A stretch of 64,000 bases of DNA, taken from NCBI GenBank assembly GCA_965204785.1, contig OZ242015.1:1942538-2006537 (forward strand), written 5' to 3'. The position numbers and the translations under genes were made by a program. The notes beneath the pieces were generated by a model, which did no database searches, was not told the DNA's origin, and saw only the letters and a program-made list of their open reading frames with translations. Shown here piece after piece: positions 49,094 through 59,331 of the stretch (its first letter is position 1; every line of letters starts with the position of its first letter). Origin of the DNA: Alphaproteobacteria bacterium. Its GTDB lineage: Bacteria; Pseudomonadota; Alphaproteobacteria; SP197.

Positions 49094-50437
49094 ATGATCA
49101 TGGATGACAACGGTATCAACTACCCCGAACGGCCGAACGATCTGGAATCGTTCTGGATGCCCTTCACCACCAACAAGGGCTACAAGCAGTCCCCGCGTCT
49201 GCTCTCGGGCGCCAAGGACATGCACTACGAAACGCCCGATGGCCGCAAGATCCTCGACGGCACCGCCGGATTGTGGTGCTGCAACGCGGGCCACGGACGC
49301 GAAAAGATCGCCCAGGCAATCAAGGCGCAGGCCGAGAAGATGGACTTCGCGCCCACCTTCAACATGGGGCATCCGGCCGCCTTTGAATTCGCCAACCGGC
49401 TGGTCGAGATCATGCCGGGCAACCTGGATCACGTGTTTTTCACCAATTCGGGCTCTGAGTCGGCCGATACGGCGCTCAAGATCGCTCTGGGATACCATTA
49501 CGTGCGCGGCAGGGGCTCCAAGACACGCCTGATCGGGCGTGAGCGCGGTTATCACGGCACCAATTTCGGCGGCACCTCGGTGGGCGGCATCGTCAAGAAC
49601 CGGCAATTCTACGGCTCGCTGCTTTCGGGCATCGACCACATCCGCCACACCCACGACATTGAGCACAATGCCTTCTCGAATGGTCAACCCGAGTGGGGTG
49701 CGCATCTTGCCGATGACCTGGAGCGCCTGGTCCAGCTCCATGACGCCTCGACCATCGCTGCGGTGATGGTCGAGCCGGTCGCGGGCTCGACCGGCGTGCT
49801 GGTGCCGCCCAAGGGCTATCTGCAGCGCCTGCGCGAGATCTGCACGAAACACGACATTCTGCTGATCTTCGATGAGGTCATCACCGGCTTTGGCCGCCTG
49901 GGATCGAGTTTCGCCGTGGAGCATTTCGGTGTCGAACCCGACATCGTCACTACGGCCAAGGGCCTGACCAACGCCACGGTCCCTATGGGTGCGGTATTCT
50001 GCCAGAAGAAGATCTATGACGCCTTCATAGAGAACACCAAGGCCGGCATCGAGCTCTTCCACGGCTACACCTATTCGGGCCACCCGCTGGCCAGCGTGGC
50101 CGGCATTGCCACGCTCGACATCTACAAGGAAGAAGGCCTGTTCGAACGGGCCGCGGAACTGTCGAGCTACTGGGAGGACTGCCTGTGGTCGCTCAAGGGC
50201 GGTAACCACGTGATCGACCTGCGCAATTTGGGCATCATCGCGGGCATCGAACTGGAGCCGCGCCCCGATGCGCCGACGGCACGCGCCATGGAGGCGTTCC
50301 ACGAGTGCTTCGACGATGGCCTGCTCGTGCGCGTGACAGGCGATATCATCGCGCTGTCGCCGCCGCTGATCGTAGAAAAGACGCATATCGACCAGATCTT
50401 CGACACCATCGGCAATGTGCTGAAGTCCATTGACTGA
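49094..50437 (+). CDS. Class III (omega) aminotransferase, beta-alanine/omega-amino acid:pyruvate type.
   Basis: 'FTNSGSESADTALKIAL', 'DEVITGFGRLG', PLP-lysine region 'VTTAKGLTNATVPMGAV'. Confidence 0.85.
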   Translation: MIMDDNGINYPERPNDLESFWMPFTTNKGYKQSPRLLSGAKDMHYETPDGRKILDGTAGLWCCNAGHGREKIAQAIKAQAEKMDFAPTFNMGHPAAFEFANRLVEIMPGNLDHVFFTNSGSESADTALKIALGYHYVRGRGSKTRLIGRERGYHGTNFGGTSVGGIVKNRQFYGSLLSGIDHIRHTHDIEHNAFSNGQPEWGAHLADDLERLVQLHDASTIAAVMVEPVAGSTGVLVPPKGYLQRLREICTKHDILLIFDEVITGFGRLGSSFAVEHFGVEPDIVTTAKGLTNATVPMGAVFCQKKIYDAFIENTKAGIELFHGYTYSGHPLASVAGIATLDIYKEEGLFERAAELSSYWEDCLWSLKGGNHVIDLRNLGIIAGIELEPRPDAPTARAMEAFHECFDDGLLVRVTGDIIALSPPLIVEKTHIDQIFDTIGNVLKSID

Positions 50438-50442
50438 ACGGG

Positions 50443-51658
50443 TTGCCCGGTGAGACCGCTTATCGCTCGCCGGGCCCCGACTTGTATCAGAGGAGACGCC
50501 CAATGGCCGGGTCATGGTTCCGGGCGCCGTTGAACGCAATCGTGCTGCTTTGGGGCGTGTTGCTCATCACGTCATGCGATGACGCCGCGACGCCGATGCC
50601 AACCGCGACGCCACCACTCACGCTGATGGTCGTGACCGTCAGCGAACGCGAGATCGTTGGCGAGGCCTAATTACGTCGGTCGCGTCGAGGCGGTGGCCGA
50701 TGTCGAGTTGCGTGCACGGGTCACCGGTTTCATCGAGGAAATCCTGGTCACCGGCGGCCAGGACGTGAAGGAAGGTGATCTTCTTTTCCTGATCGAGTGC
50801 GCACCGTTCCAAGCCAGCGTCGATCTAGCCCGCGCCAACGTCGCCAACGCGCAGACCAATGTGAACATGACCGGATTGCAACTCCAGCGCAGCCAAACCC
50901 TTTACGACGGCGGCGATCTGACCAAGGCCAGGCTGGAACAGGACCGCTCGGCATAAAGGCAGGCGACCGCCCAACTCCAGGCCGAACAGACGCAGTTGCG
51001 TCAGGCCGAGATCGAATTTGGCTATACCTTGATCATCGCGCCCATTGCAGACCATGTCGGCGCGACCGCCTACAGCGTGGGCGTCCTTGTCGACGCCTCC
51101 AGCAATCTCTTGACGGACATCATTAGCCTCGATCCCATATACGTGACCTTCTCGGTCAACGAAAACATCATGTTCCAGGTCAAACGCGTCCGCATCGAAC
51201 TGGGTCTGGACGCAACGTTCGAGGCAACCGACGGGATCGAGACCCTGGTCATCCCCGGCTGTGCTTGTCCGACGGCAGCGGCGTCATCGACTTCATCAAA
51301 AGCACGGTAGACCTTCGCACGGGCGCGATAGACGTCCGCGGTGTTTCCCAACCCGGATCAGTTTCTTTCGCCGGGCCAGTTCGTGACCGTGGTGGTCAGC
51401 GAGGAAGCACCGCAAAGCGCCATCACGATCCCCCAGACCGCGGTGCAGAGTGACAAGGCCGGCACCTTTGTCCTAGTGGTCGATGCCCAGAACCAAGTCT
51501 CGCAACGGCGCATCACGACCGCGAGGACCGACGGCACCGACTATGTGGTCAACAGTGGTCTCGTCCAGGGCAACACAGTGATCGTCCAGGGCATCCTGAA
51601 GGTGTGGCCCGGCGCGCCGGTCAACCCGGTCTACGATACCAGCGGCGCCGGCGGCTGA
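50443..51658 (+). pseudogene. RND efflux membrane-fusion (AcrA-like) protein gene, fragmented over ≥4 frames.
   Basis: Pieces: lipoprotein signal 'LLITSCDD'; 'YVGRVEAVADVELRARVTGFIEEILVTGGQDVKEGDLLFLIE'; 'QAEIEFGYTLIIAPI'; 'GQFVTVVVSEEAPQSAITIPQTAVQSDKAGTFVLVV'. First break is a missing C in 'gaggcc(c)taat' at 50664-50672. Confidence 0.7.
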
Positions 51659-51665
51659 GCAGACC

Positions 51666-53060
51666 ATGGCAGACTTTTTCATCGAGCGGCCGAAGTTCGC
51701 GTTCGTCATCTCGATCCTGATTACCCTGGGCGGGCTCATCTCACTCAGCGTCCTACCAGTCTCCGAGTTTCCCGACATTTCACCCCCGCAGGTCTCGATA
51801 TCCGCCAGTTATCCCGGCACCAATGTCGAAGTCATCGAGGACACGGTAGCCGGCCGATCGAGTCCCAGGTCAACGGCGTCGACGGCATGAGCTCGACCAG
51901 TTCATCTTCGGGAAGCTAAAACCTCACCGTTACCTTCGATCTGGGGATCGATTCCGACCTTGCCGCGGTCAACATCCAGAACCGTGTCGCGGTTGCCGAA
52001 AACTCATTGCCCGAGGAAGTCTGGCGCGGCGGCGTAACCGTCAAGAAGGCCTCGCCCAGCATGTTGATGGTGATCAACGTGTTTTCACCGCAGGGCACCT
52101 ATGACAGCGTGTTCCTCAGCAACTACACCAGCATCAATCTGCGCGACGCCATCCAGCGCGTGCCAGGGGTCGGTGACGCTTCGCTTCTGGGCACGCAGGA
52201 CTACGGCATGCGTGTCTGGCTCGACCCTGACCGCATGGCTTCGCTTGTCCTGACGGCGAGCGATATCGTCAACGCCATCCGCGCGCATAACATCCAGGCC
52301 ACCGCGGGCCAGATCGGCGCCGCGCCAATCGGCGAGGGCCAGCAGTTCCAGTATTCGATCAGAGCGCAGGGTCGCCTGAGTTCGCCCAAGGAATTCGGCG
52401 ACATCGTCGTCATCTCCTATCCCGAAGGCGGGGATCCGCGCCTGCGCGACATCGCGCGTATCGAACTGGACTCGGCAGCATATGGCTCCTACGGACAACT
52501 GAACGGACAGGCTCCGGCGGCGCTCGCCATCTATCAGGCGCCGGGTGTCAACGCGCTCGTCATGGCCGAAGTCGTGATGAACGATGTCGAGGAAATCCTG
52601 ATGACACGGGCGGCGTCGCCGACGTCATGGTCATTCCGGGCTTCAACCTGCTGGGCGGCGCGATCTCGAACGGCGGCATGGTCATCGTGGTGCTAGACCC
52701 CCGGGAAGAGCGCACGACCCGTCGCTCGACATCAACGTGATCATGGGCAAAGCCCAGGACCAGATTCTGGCAATCAGCCAGGCCAACGCATTCGCGCCGC
52801 CGGTTCCGGGACCAGGCACGACCGGCGGCTTCGATTTCAAGGCCCAGGACGTTTCGGGCCGGACGCTCCAGAATCTCGCCCAGGCGATCGGCGCTATGAT
52901 GTACAACGCCAACCAGGACTCCATGCTTTCGGGCGTTTTCAGCACTTTCCGCGCCAACGTGCCGCAGCTCTTCCTGGAGGTCGACCGCGAGAAGGCCGAG
53001 ACGCTGGGCATTCCGCTAGTCGTCATCCATCCCGCGCCGCGCCGGGCGGTCACGACATAA
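51666..53060 (+). pseudogene. RND efflux permease (AcrB-like) gene. Only ~the first 450 of ~1040 codons remain, with frameshifts and an in-frame TAA (51917-51919).
   Basis: 'MADFFIERPKFAFVISILITLGGL...PPQVSISASYPGTNVEVIEDTV' and 'NIQNRVAVAENSLPEEVWRGGVTVKKASPSMLMVINVFSPQGTY' in different frames. Homology ends ~53040, where a minus-strand TM-protein remnant (53016-53311) begins. Confidence 0.7.
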
Positions 53061-53313
53061 CCGGCGGTAAAGAGGGCAATGGCCGGTATGGCGAGCAGCG
53101 TTCCCAGCGCTGCCTCCGCAGCGAACGCCGGACCGTATTCGACGGCCAGGAATACCGAGACGGGGCCGGTGGTGAGAGGCAGGCCCAAGAGCCGGCCTCG
53201 GGCAGCCGCACCCCAGCACGAACAACCATACGGCCGCCGCAATGATGAACGATGGTGCAACCAACTTGAAAAAGAGCAGCGACACGGCGAACCGTCACAC
53301 GCGCCGGACACGT

Positions 53314-53925
53314 TCAGCCGCGCTTGGCGATGTCGTTGAGTTGTTTCTGGAGCGCGTCGATCTGGCCCTTGAGGGCGTCGAGACTGGCGCCACTGCCTTC
53401 TGCGGGCACATCGGACTCGGCCTTGCCGTTGCCGGTCGCAGCGGAGCCTGGATAGAACATCTCCATGGTGCGTTGGAACATCGCCATGTTGTTCTTGACC
53501 ATGTCCTCCATGGCCCCGCCGGCTTCCTGTCCGCCGAAGGGAAATATCTGGCCGAAGGTCTGAGACATCATGTCGCGCACCTGCTCCTGATTTTTCGTCA
53601 GGTTCTCCATGCTCATTTCGAGATAACGCGGCACGAAGGTCTGCAGGCTATCGCCATAAAAGCCAATCAGTTGGCGAAGAAAGCTGATGGGCAGAAGGTT
53701 GGCGCCCTTGGACTCCTCTTCGACGATGATCTGTGTGAGCACCGACCGCGTGATGTCGTCGCCCGATTTGGCGTCGAACACGGCGAACTCCACGCCGTCC
53801 TTCACCATCTGGGCGAGGTGGTCCAGCGTGACGTAACTGCTGGTCGCCGTGTTGTAGAGACGGCGGTTGGCGTATTTCTTGATGACGACAGCACCGTCGT
53901 CCTGCTTTTCCTGTTCGCGCGCCAT
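53314..53925 (-). CDS. phaR: Polyhydroxyalkanoate synthesis repressor PhaR.
   Basis: 'VVIKKYANRRLYNTATSSYVTLDHLAQMVKDGVEFAVFDAKSGDDITRSVLTQII' (PHB_acc_N). Confidence 0.85.
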   Translation of the reverse strand: MAREQEKQDDGAVVIKKYANRRLYNTATSSYVTLDHLAQMVKDGVEFAVFDAKSGDDITRSVLTQIIVEEESKGANLLPISFLRQLIGFYGDSLQTFVPRYLEMSMENLTKNQEQVRDMMSQTFGQIFPFGGQEAGGAMEDMVKNNMAMFQRTMEMFYPGSAATGNGKAESDVPAEGSGASLDALKGQIDALQKQLNDIAKRG

Positions 53926-53989
53926 TATGGGTGCACCCGTCTCTGCTTTGACGCCCATTATGACGCCTATGCTGCAATGCGAACAGGTT

Positions 53990-54270
53990 TTGTTGCAACG
54001 CGGGATATCCCAGACGGATTTTGTTTTAGCCTCAGTCGCCGGCACTCGCTCCGCTCGCCTGACTTCCGCGCCTATCGGCGCGCCAGTGCGATCGCACCGG
54101 CCGGCGCCCGCTCCGCTCTTGCCGCCGAACGGCATCATGACCACCTCAAGTTTGTAGGCGGGAGGCCCTTTATGGGGCCGACAGGGACGCGACCGCGTAT
54201 GCGGCGTGAGCCAAGTGAGCGGAGCGAGCAAAACACCCAAGCCGAACCCAATTCCGCGCGTTATACTATC
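53990..54270. repeat. Copy B of the mosaic intergenic repeat family, in the phaR–phaC-like intergenic region. Has ~14-bp terminal inverted repeats CACTCGCTCCGCTCGC…GCGAGCGGAGCGAG.
   Basis: Shares 'GCCGCCGAACGGCATCATGACCACCTCAAGT' and 'GGAGGCCCTTTATGGGGCCGACAGGG…AAGCCAAGTGAGCGGAGCGA' modules with copies A and C. Confidence 0.7.
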
Positions 54271-54274
54271 GCCA

Positions 54275-55636
54275 TGACCAAGCGCGACGAACGCGACGAA
54301 CTTGCCAGTCTTGCCAGGGACTTCATGGACCTGTGGCAGGAGCACGTGGCCCAGCAGGCGGCCGACCCGACGCTGGCGCGCTGGGCGCAGACCTGGCTTG
54401 CCAACATGCCGACGGGGGTGACCGGGGATGGAAGCACACAGGACGGGGCCGCGCCCCTTGGCCCTGCATCTCGCAACATCGGCAAGCGTCTGGATGAGTT
54501 CGCTCGCCGCCTTGGGGCCTGCGAGGAGCGGCTTGATAAGCTGGAGCAAAAACCTGCCCGCAAAACAGCGCGAAAGTCTGGGCCCGATCCAGACCGCGAT
54601 CGCGGCAGCCGACGCTGAAGGGCTGGCCCGCGAAGTCACCGCCGAAGCGACGCGCCGCCTTTCCGAATTCGTCGCCGGCATCCGTGCCTATCGTGACCAC
54701 CCCTACCGCCGTCCCGCGACACAGGCTGGGCCGATCTGGCAGGACGGCTCCTCGCGGTTGCTGGACTACGGCGGCACGGGCCGTCCGCTGCTTCTCGTTC
54801 CGTCCCTTATCAACCGCGCGGAAATCCTCGACCTGCGGCCGGGTGCGAGCTTCTGCGCCTGGCTCCGCGACCATGGGCATCGTCCCCTACTGCTCGACTG
54901 GGGTGCGCCGGGCGAGGCGGAGACCAATTTCAACCTCGACACATACATCAACCGGCGCCTGGGCGTTGCGCTCGATGCGGCCAACAGACTGGCGGACGGA
55001 TCGGTCCCCATGGTCGGCTATTGCATGGGCGGTTTGCTGGCTCTCGCCTCGGAGTTCGCCAACTCCGGCAAGGTTTCAAGCCTCGCTCTGCTTGCCACGC
55101 CCTGGGATTTCCATGCCGACCGCAGCGGCCAAACCGGCATGCTCGCCACAGCCGCGGCACTGCCTAGCGCGCCGGACACCCCGCCGCTCCCGGTCGATCT
55201 GATCCAGGCGCTGTTTGCCTCCCTGCAGCCCAACCTGATCCAGGCGAAGTTCCGCCGCTTCGCCACGATGGACCCGGCCGCCCCGGAAACAGAGGCCTTT
55301 GTCGCACTGGAGGATTGGCTGAACGACGGCGTCGCACTCGCAGCACCGGCTGCGCGTGATTGCCTGATCGGCTGGTACCGCAACAACACCCCGGCCGAAG
55401 GCCGCTGGATGGTGAACGATGTGCCCATCGACCCCGGCAAGCTTACCTGCCCCGCCTTCGTCGCACTCTCCACCCGTGACCGCATCGTGCCGCCTGCCTC
55501 GGCGAGCGCACTGGCCCAGGCTCTGCCTGACCCCACAGTCATCGAACCGCGCACCGGCCACATCGGCATGATGGTCGGCAGCCGCGCCGAATCAGCGCTG
55601 TGGTGGCCATTGGCGGAGTGGCTGGAGTCCCACTAA
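54275..55636 (+). CDS. PHA-synthase (PhaC)-like alpha/beta hydrolase, short form; one frameshift at an A5 run near 54547-54554.
   Basis: Lipase box 'VGYCMGGLL'; 'RPLLLVPSLINRAEILDLRPGASFCAWLRDHGHRPLLLDW' parallels the PhaC 'PLLIVPPWINKYYILDL' region. N-terminal 54275 frame joins the 54428 frame at 'LDKLEQ|KNLPAKQ'. Confidence 0.6.
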
Positions 55637-56260
55637 GATTTCACGCGGCAAGGAGCGACGACCTGCATCACAAAGATCAAGATCTGGACGCGATCTGGGC
55701 ATCCTCTTGAGACATGTTTCCGCCACGGTACACCTCAGAGCAGTCGGTCGAGACCATCAAATCGATTGAATGATGCAGTGTGATTTCCGATGATCGATTT
55801 CTTGGAGAAGCACTTTTACCGGCTCTTCATCCTGGCGATCTGGGCGCCCAGCCTTTTTCTTCCGTTGGCCAAAAGCTACGCATCGGCATGACGCCTGTTC
55901 GCCTGTTGATTCCTTGGCGTACTGATTTTCCTTTCTGTGGTTGGAAATATCATTTTCGTCCTTTTGGTCTATGTCCTAAGCAGTCCCGTGATCGTGTTCA
56001 GCCTGCTTGGCGCCGATATCATCAACAAATCGCGTGTTTATCGGATCTACAGACCTTACCTCCTGATCTTTCGTTTCGCTGTGCCGATACTTGGTCTACT
56101 CCTTGCAGTGTGGTTGGCACAGGTGCTCAAGTTCATTGCCCGCCTTGGTCTGACCTGACATTCAGGCCTTCGCACCTGCACACAGAATTTTGCACCTGCG
56201 AAATGGGGATTCATGCCCTATATTGAAGGTAATACGTTCAGACCAGATCAGGAGATCATC

Positions 56261-57433
56261 ATGACCGCGATCGTCATCGCCAGTGCGACGCGTACGCCCG
56301 TGGGGAGTTTCAACGGAGCGCTTTCCAGCCAGCCAGCCCATGAACTGGGCCGGGTCGCCATTGAGGGCGCGATGGCGCGCGCCGGGGTCGAGGCCGGAGA
56401 GATCGACGAGGTCATCATGGGCCAAATCCTGCAGGCCGGCGAAGGCCAGAACCCGGCCCGTCAAGCCTCCATCGGCGCGGGCATTTCCGTCGAAGCGCCC
56501 GCATGGAGCCTGAACCAGCTTTGCGGTTCGGGTCTGCGCGCAGTCGCCGTGGGTTACCAGCAGATTCTGAATGGCGACGCCGGCATCGTCGTCGCCGGCG
56601 GCCAGGAGAGCATGAGCCAGGCGCCCCACTGCATGCATCTGAGGAACGGTGTCAAGATGGGCCCGGCCGAGATGGTCGACACCATGATCAAGGACGGCCT
56701 GTGGGACGCGTTCAACGGCTATCACATGGGCAACACGGCCGAGAACGTCGCGCGCCAGTGGCAGATCACCCGTGAAGACCAAGACAATTTCGCCGTCACC
56801 AGTCAGAACCGCGCTGAGGCAGCACAGAAGGCCGGCAAGTTCAAGGACGAGATCGTTCCCGTAACGATCAAGACCTGCAAGGGCGAGACGGTCGTGGAGA
56901 ACGACGAATACATCCGCCACGGCGTCGAATACGAACCGCTCGCCAAGCTGCGCCCTGCCTTCGAGAAGGACGGCACGGTCACGGCCGGCAACGCATCAGG
57001 CATCAACGACGGTGCCGCCGCCGTGGTCCTGATGACGGCAGAGGAAGCCAACCGCCGTGACATCGCACCCATGGCGCGCATTGCAAGCTGGGCGCACGCC
57101 GGCGTCGAACCCGCGATCATGGGTTCGGGTCCCATCCCCGCCAGCCGCAAAGCACTGGAGAAGGCCGGATGGGACATCGGCGATCTCGATCTCATCGAAG
57201 CCAACGAGGCGTTCGCCGCCCAAGCCTGCGCGGTCAACAAGGAGCTTGGTCTCGACGCCGACAAGGTGAACGTGAACGGCGGGGCCATCGCCATCGGTCA
57301 TCCCATCGGCGCATCGGGTGCACGCGTGCTGAACACCCTGCTCTTCGAAATGCAAAAACGCGATGTCAAGAAGGGTCTCGTCACGCTTTGCATCGGCGGC
57401 GGCATGGGCGTCGCCCTCTGCGTCGAGCGGTAG
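56261..57433 (+). CDS. phaA: Acetyl-CoA C-acetyltransferase (beta-ketothiolase).
   Basis: Thiolase active sites '[11 protein letters not shown]', '[19 protein letters not shown]', '[10 protein letters not shown]'. Confidence 0.9.
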   Translation: MTAIVIASATRTPVGSFNGALSSQPAHELGRVAIEGAMARAGVEAGEIDEVIMGQILQAGEGQNPARQASIGAGISVEAPAWSLNQLCGSGLRAVAVGYQQILNGDAGIVVAGGQESMSQAPHCMHLRNGVKMGPAEMVDTMIKDGLWDAFNGYHMGNTAENVARQWQITREDQDNFAVTSQNRAEAAQKAGKFKDEIVPVTIKTCKGETVVENDEYIRHGVEYEPLAKLRPAFEKDGTVTAGNASGINDGAAAVVLMTAEEANRRDIAPMARIASWAHAGVEPAIMGSGPIPASRKALEKAGWDIGDLDLIEANEAFAAQACAVNKELGLDADKVNVNGGAIAIGHPIGASGARVLNTLLFEMQKRDVKKGLVTLCIGGGMGVALCVER

Positions 57434-57760
57434 GAACACCTCAAGTGTGTCATCCCGGCCAAGCGAAGTGCGAGCCGGAATCACGGTCCGCACGTTGCTT
57501 CAGGAACGCGTCATGACGGGATCACGGATAACTGCGGAGTTTACCCTCGACCTGATCGAGGGCGGTTTCCGGGATGATACCCTGTTGGGATGGTGAGTAA
57601 TCGGGATGCCCACATTGAGCCGGCAGGGACGCCGCTGCGTCCCTGCCGCGCATGCGCGTAAGCCAAGTGAGTAGAGCGAATGCTCAACGTTTGAGGGAGT
57701 ACCATAAACCCGGAGGCCCTTTATGGGACGACAGGGCCCCGGCCGCGTCCGGCGCGGAGC
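57434..57760. repeat. Copy C (composite) of the mosaic intergenic repeat family, filling most of the phaA–phaB spacer.
   Basis: Contains the GTCATCCCGG…CCGGGATGA module (as in copy A) followed by the 'AAGCCAAGTGAGTAGAGCGA … GGAGGCCCTTTATGGGACGACAGGG' module (as in copy B). Confidence 0.7.
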
Positions 57761-57929
57761 GGATTTGAGACCTAATCGGCTAAAAAGACCGCCCGATTTG
57801 TCGCAATCAGCGTGGACTCCGGCGGACTGAGCCGTTACATCCGCGTCTCCACCTTGAGAGATAGTTGTGGCATTGAGCCGTTCATATCGGGCGGCCTCTG
57901 GATTTGACGGACGATCGGGAGATCAGACC

Positions 57930-58652
57930 ATGGGTCGTGTTGCCCTTGTGACCGGAGGCAGCCGCGGGATCGGCGCTGCCATTTCCACCGCGCTGAAGGA
58001 AGCCGGCTATGCCGTTGCGGCAAACTATGCCAGCAACGACGATGCCGCCCGTTCGTTCACCACCGAGACGGGCATTGCCGCATTCAAGTGGGACGTCAGC
58101 GACCACGACGCCTGCGCGGCCGGTGTCGCCCAGGTCGAGGAACAGGTCGGGTCGGTCGAAGTGCTGATTAACAACGCGGGCATCAGCCGCGACAGCTTCC
58201 TGCACAAGATGTCGGAAGAAAACTGGCAGACCGTCATCGATGTCGATCTTTCATCCTGCTACCACATGAGCCATGCGGTGCTGAACGGCATGCGCGGGCG
58301 CGGCTTCGGGCGCATTGTCAACATCAGCTCGATCAACGGCCAGGCCGGCATGATGGGCGTGGTGAACTATGCCGCCGCCAAGGCCGGCATGATGGGCTTC
58401 ACCAAGGCGCTGGCCCTGGAGAACGCGGGCAAGGGCATCACGGTCAACGCCATCTGCCCAGGCTATGTGAAGACCGACCTCATCAAACATGTCAGCGAAG
58501 AGGTCATGGGCGCGATCGTCAAGCGCATCCCCGTAGGCCGCATCGGCGAGCCCGAAGAAATCGCCCGCTGCGTCACCTTCCTGACCGACGACAACTCCGG
58601 CTTCATCACCGGCTCCATCCTCTCGGTCAACGGCGGCGCCTATATGGCGTAG
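57930..58652 (+). CDS. phaB: Acetoacetyl-CoA reductase (SDR).
   Basis: 'VALVTGGSRGIGAAIS', 'NAGI', 'YAAAKAG' catalytic YxxxK. Confidence 0.9.
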   Translation: MGRVALVTGGSRGIGAAISTALKEAGYAVAANYASNDDAARSFTTETGIAAFKWDVSDHDACAAGVAQVEEQVGSVEVLINNAGISRDSFLHKMSEENWQTVIDVDLSSCYHMSHAVLNGMRGRGFGRIVNISSINGQAGMMGVVNYAAAKAGMMGFTKALALENAGKGITVNAICPGYVKTDLIKHVSEEVMGAIVKRIPVGRIGEPEEIARCVTFLTDDNSGFITGSILSVNGGAYMA

Positions 58653-58659
58653 GGCCGGA

Positions 58660-58952
58660 TCAGGCGGCGAGCGGCTTGATGCACCGGATCTCGCTGCCAC
58701 TGCGGTCCCCGGCGCAATCGAGTTCGTAACGCGCCTGCAAGTTGAGCCAAACCTCCGGTGTCGTGCCGAAGAACTGTGCAAGCCGCAGAGCTGTGTCGCC
58801 GCTGACACCACGCCGTCCACGAACAGTTCGCTGATGCGATTGGCCGGAACCTCTAGCGCCCGCGCCAAGGCACTGGCCGTCAGACCATTGGGCTTCAGGA
58901 ATTCCTCTTGCAGAACTTCGCCGGGATAGACCGGCGGCAGACGTATTGTCAT
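58660..58952 (-). CDS. higA: HigA antitoxin (HTH-XRE) with an apparent +1 frameshift near 58805-58825.
   Basis: 'MTIRLPPVYPGEVLQEEFLKPNGLTASALARALEVPANRISEL' then, shifted one frame, 'RGVSGDTALRLAQFFGTTPEVWLNLQARYELD'. Confidence 0.6.
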
Positions 58953-58992
58953 GGCAATCTTCCTAGTCATGATAATCGACAATCTCGACGTC

Positions 58993-59247
58993 CTAGGCGT
59001 CCCCATCCAGCCAGCGGAAACACATCCGCCATTGCCGGTTGATCCGGATGGAGTGCTGGCCAGCCCTGTCGCCCTTCAGGGCTTCGAGCCAGTTACCGGA
59101 CGGGGTCCGCAGATCATCATCCAGCCGCATGGTCGAATCGAGATAACGTAATTTAATCAATGCAGCCCGCTCGAACGCGTGGAACCTGTGCACGGCCTCG
59201 CGATCGGCAAGCCTCCGGGAGTCTTTGTCCGCAAAGGTCCGGATCAT
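58993..59247 (-). CDS. higB: HigB toxin (plasmid-maintenance killer protein, RelE/ParE superfamily).
   Basis: 'MIRTFADKDSRRLADREAVHRF...LDDDLRTPSGNWLEALKGDRAGQHSIRINRQWRMCFRW'. Confidence 0.75.
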   Translation of the reverse strand: MIRTFADKDSRRLADREAVHRFHAFERAALIKLRYLDSTMRLDDDLRTPSGNWLEALKGDRAGQHSIRINRQWRMCFRWLDGDA

Positions 59248-59260
59248 GGTTCATATGCAA

Positions 59261-59273
59261 TACGTAGTACGTA
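59261..59273. promoter_or_regulatory. 6-N1-6 palindrome TACGTA-g-TACGTA 14 bp upstream of the higB start; candidate HigA operator.
   Basis: Read directly. Confidence 0.4.
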
Positions 59274-59331
59274 ACTCATCAAGATATCTCGGCTTGCCAA
59301 TCCGCCCGGTTTTGCATCTGCTGCCGGGGTT

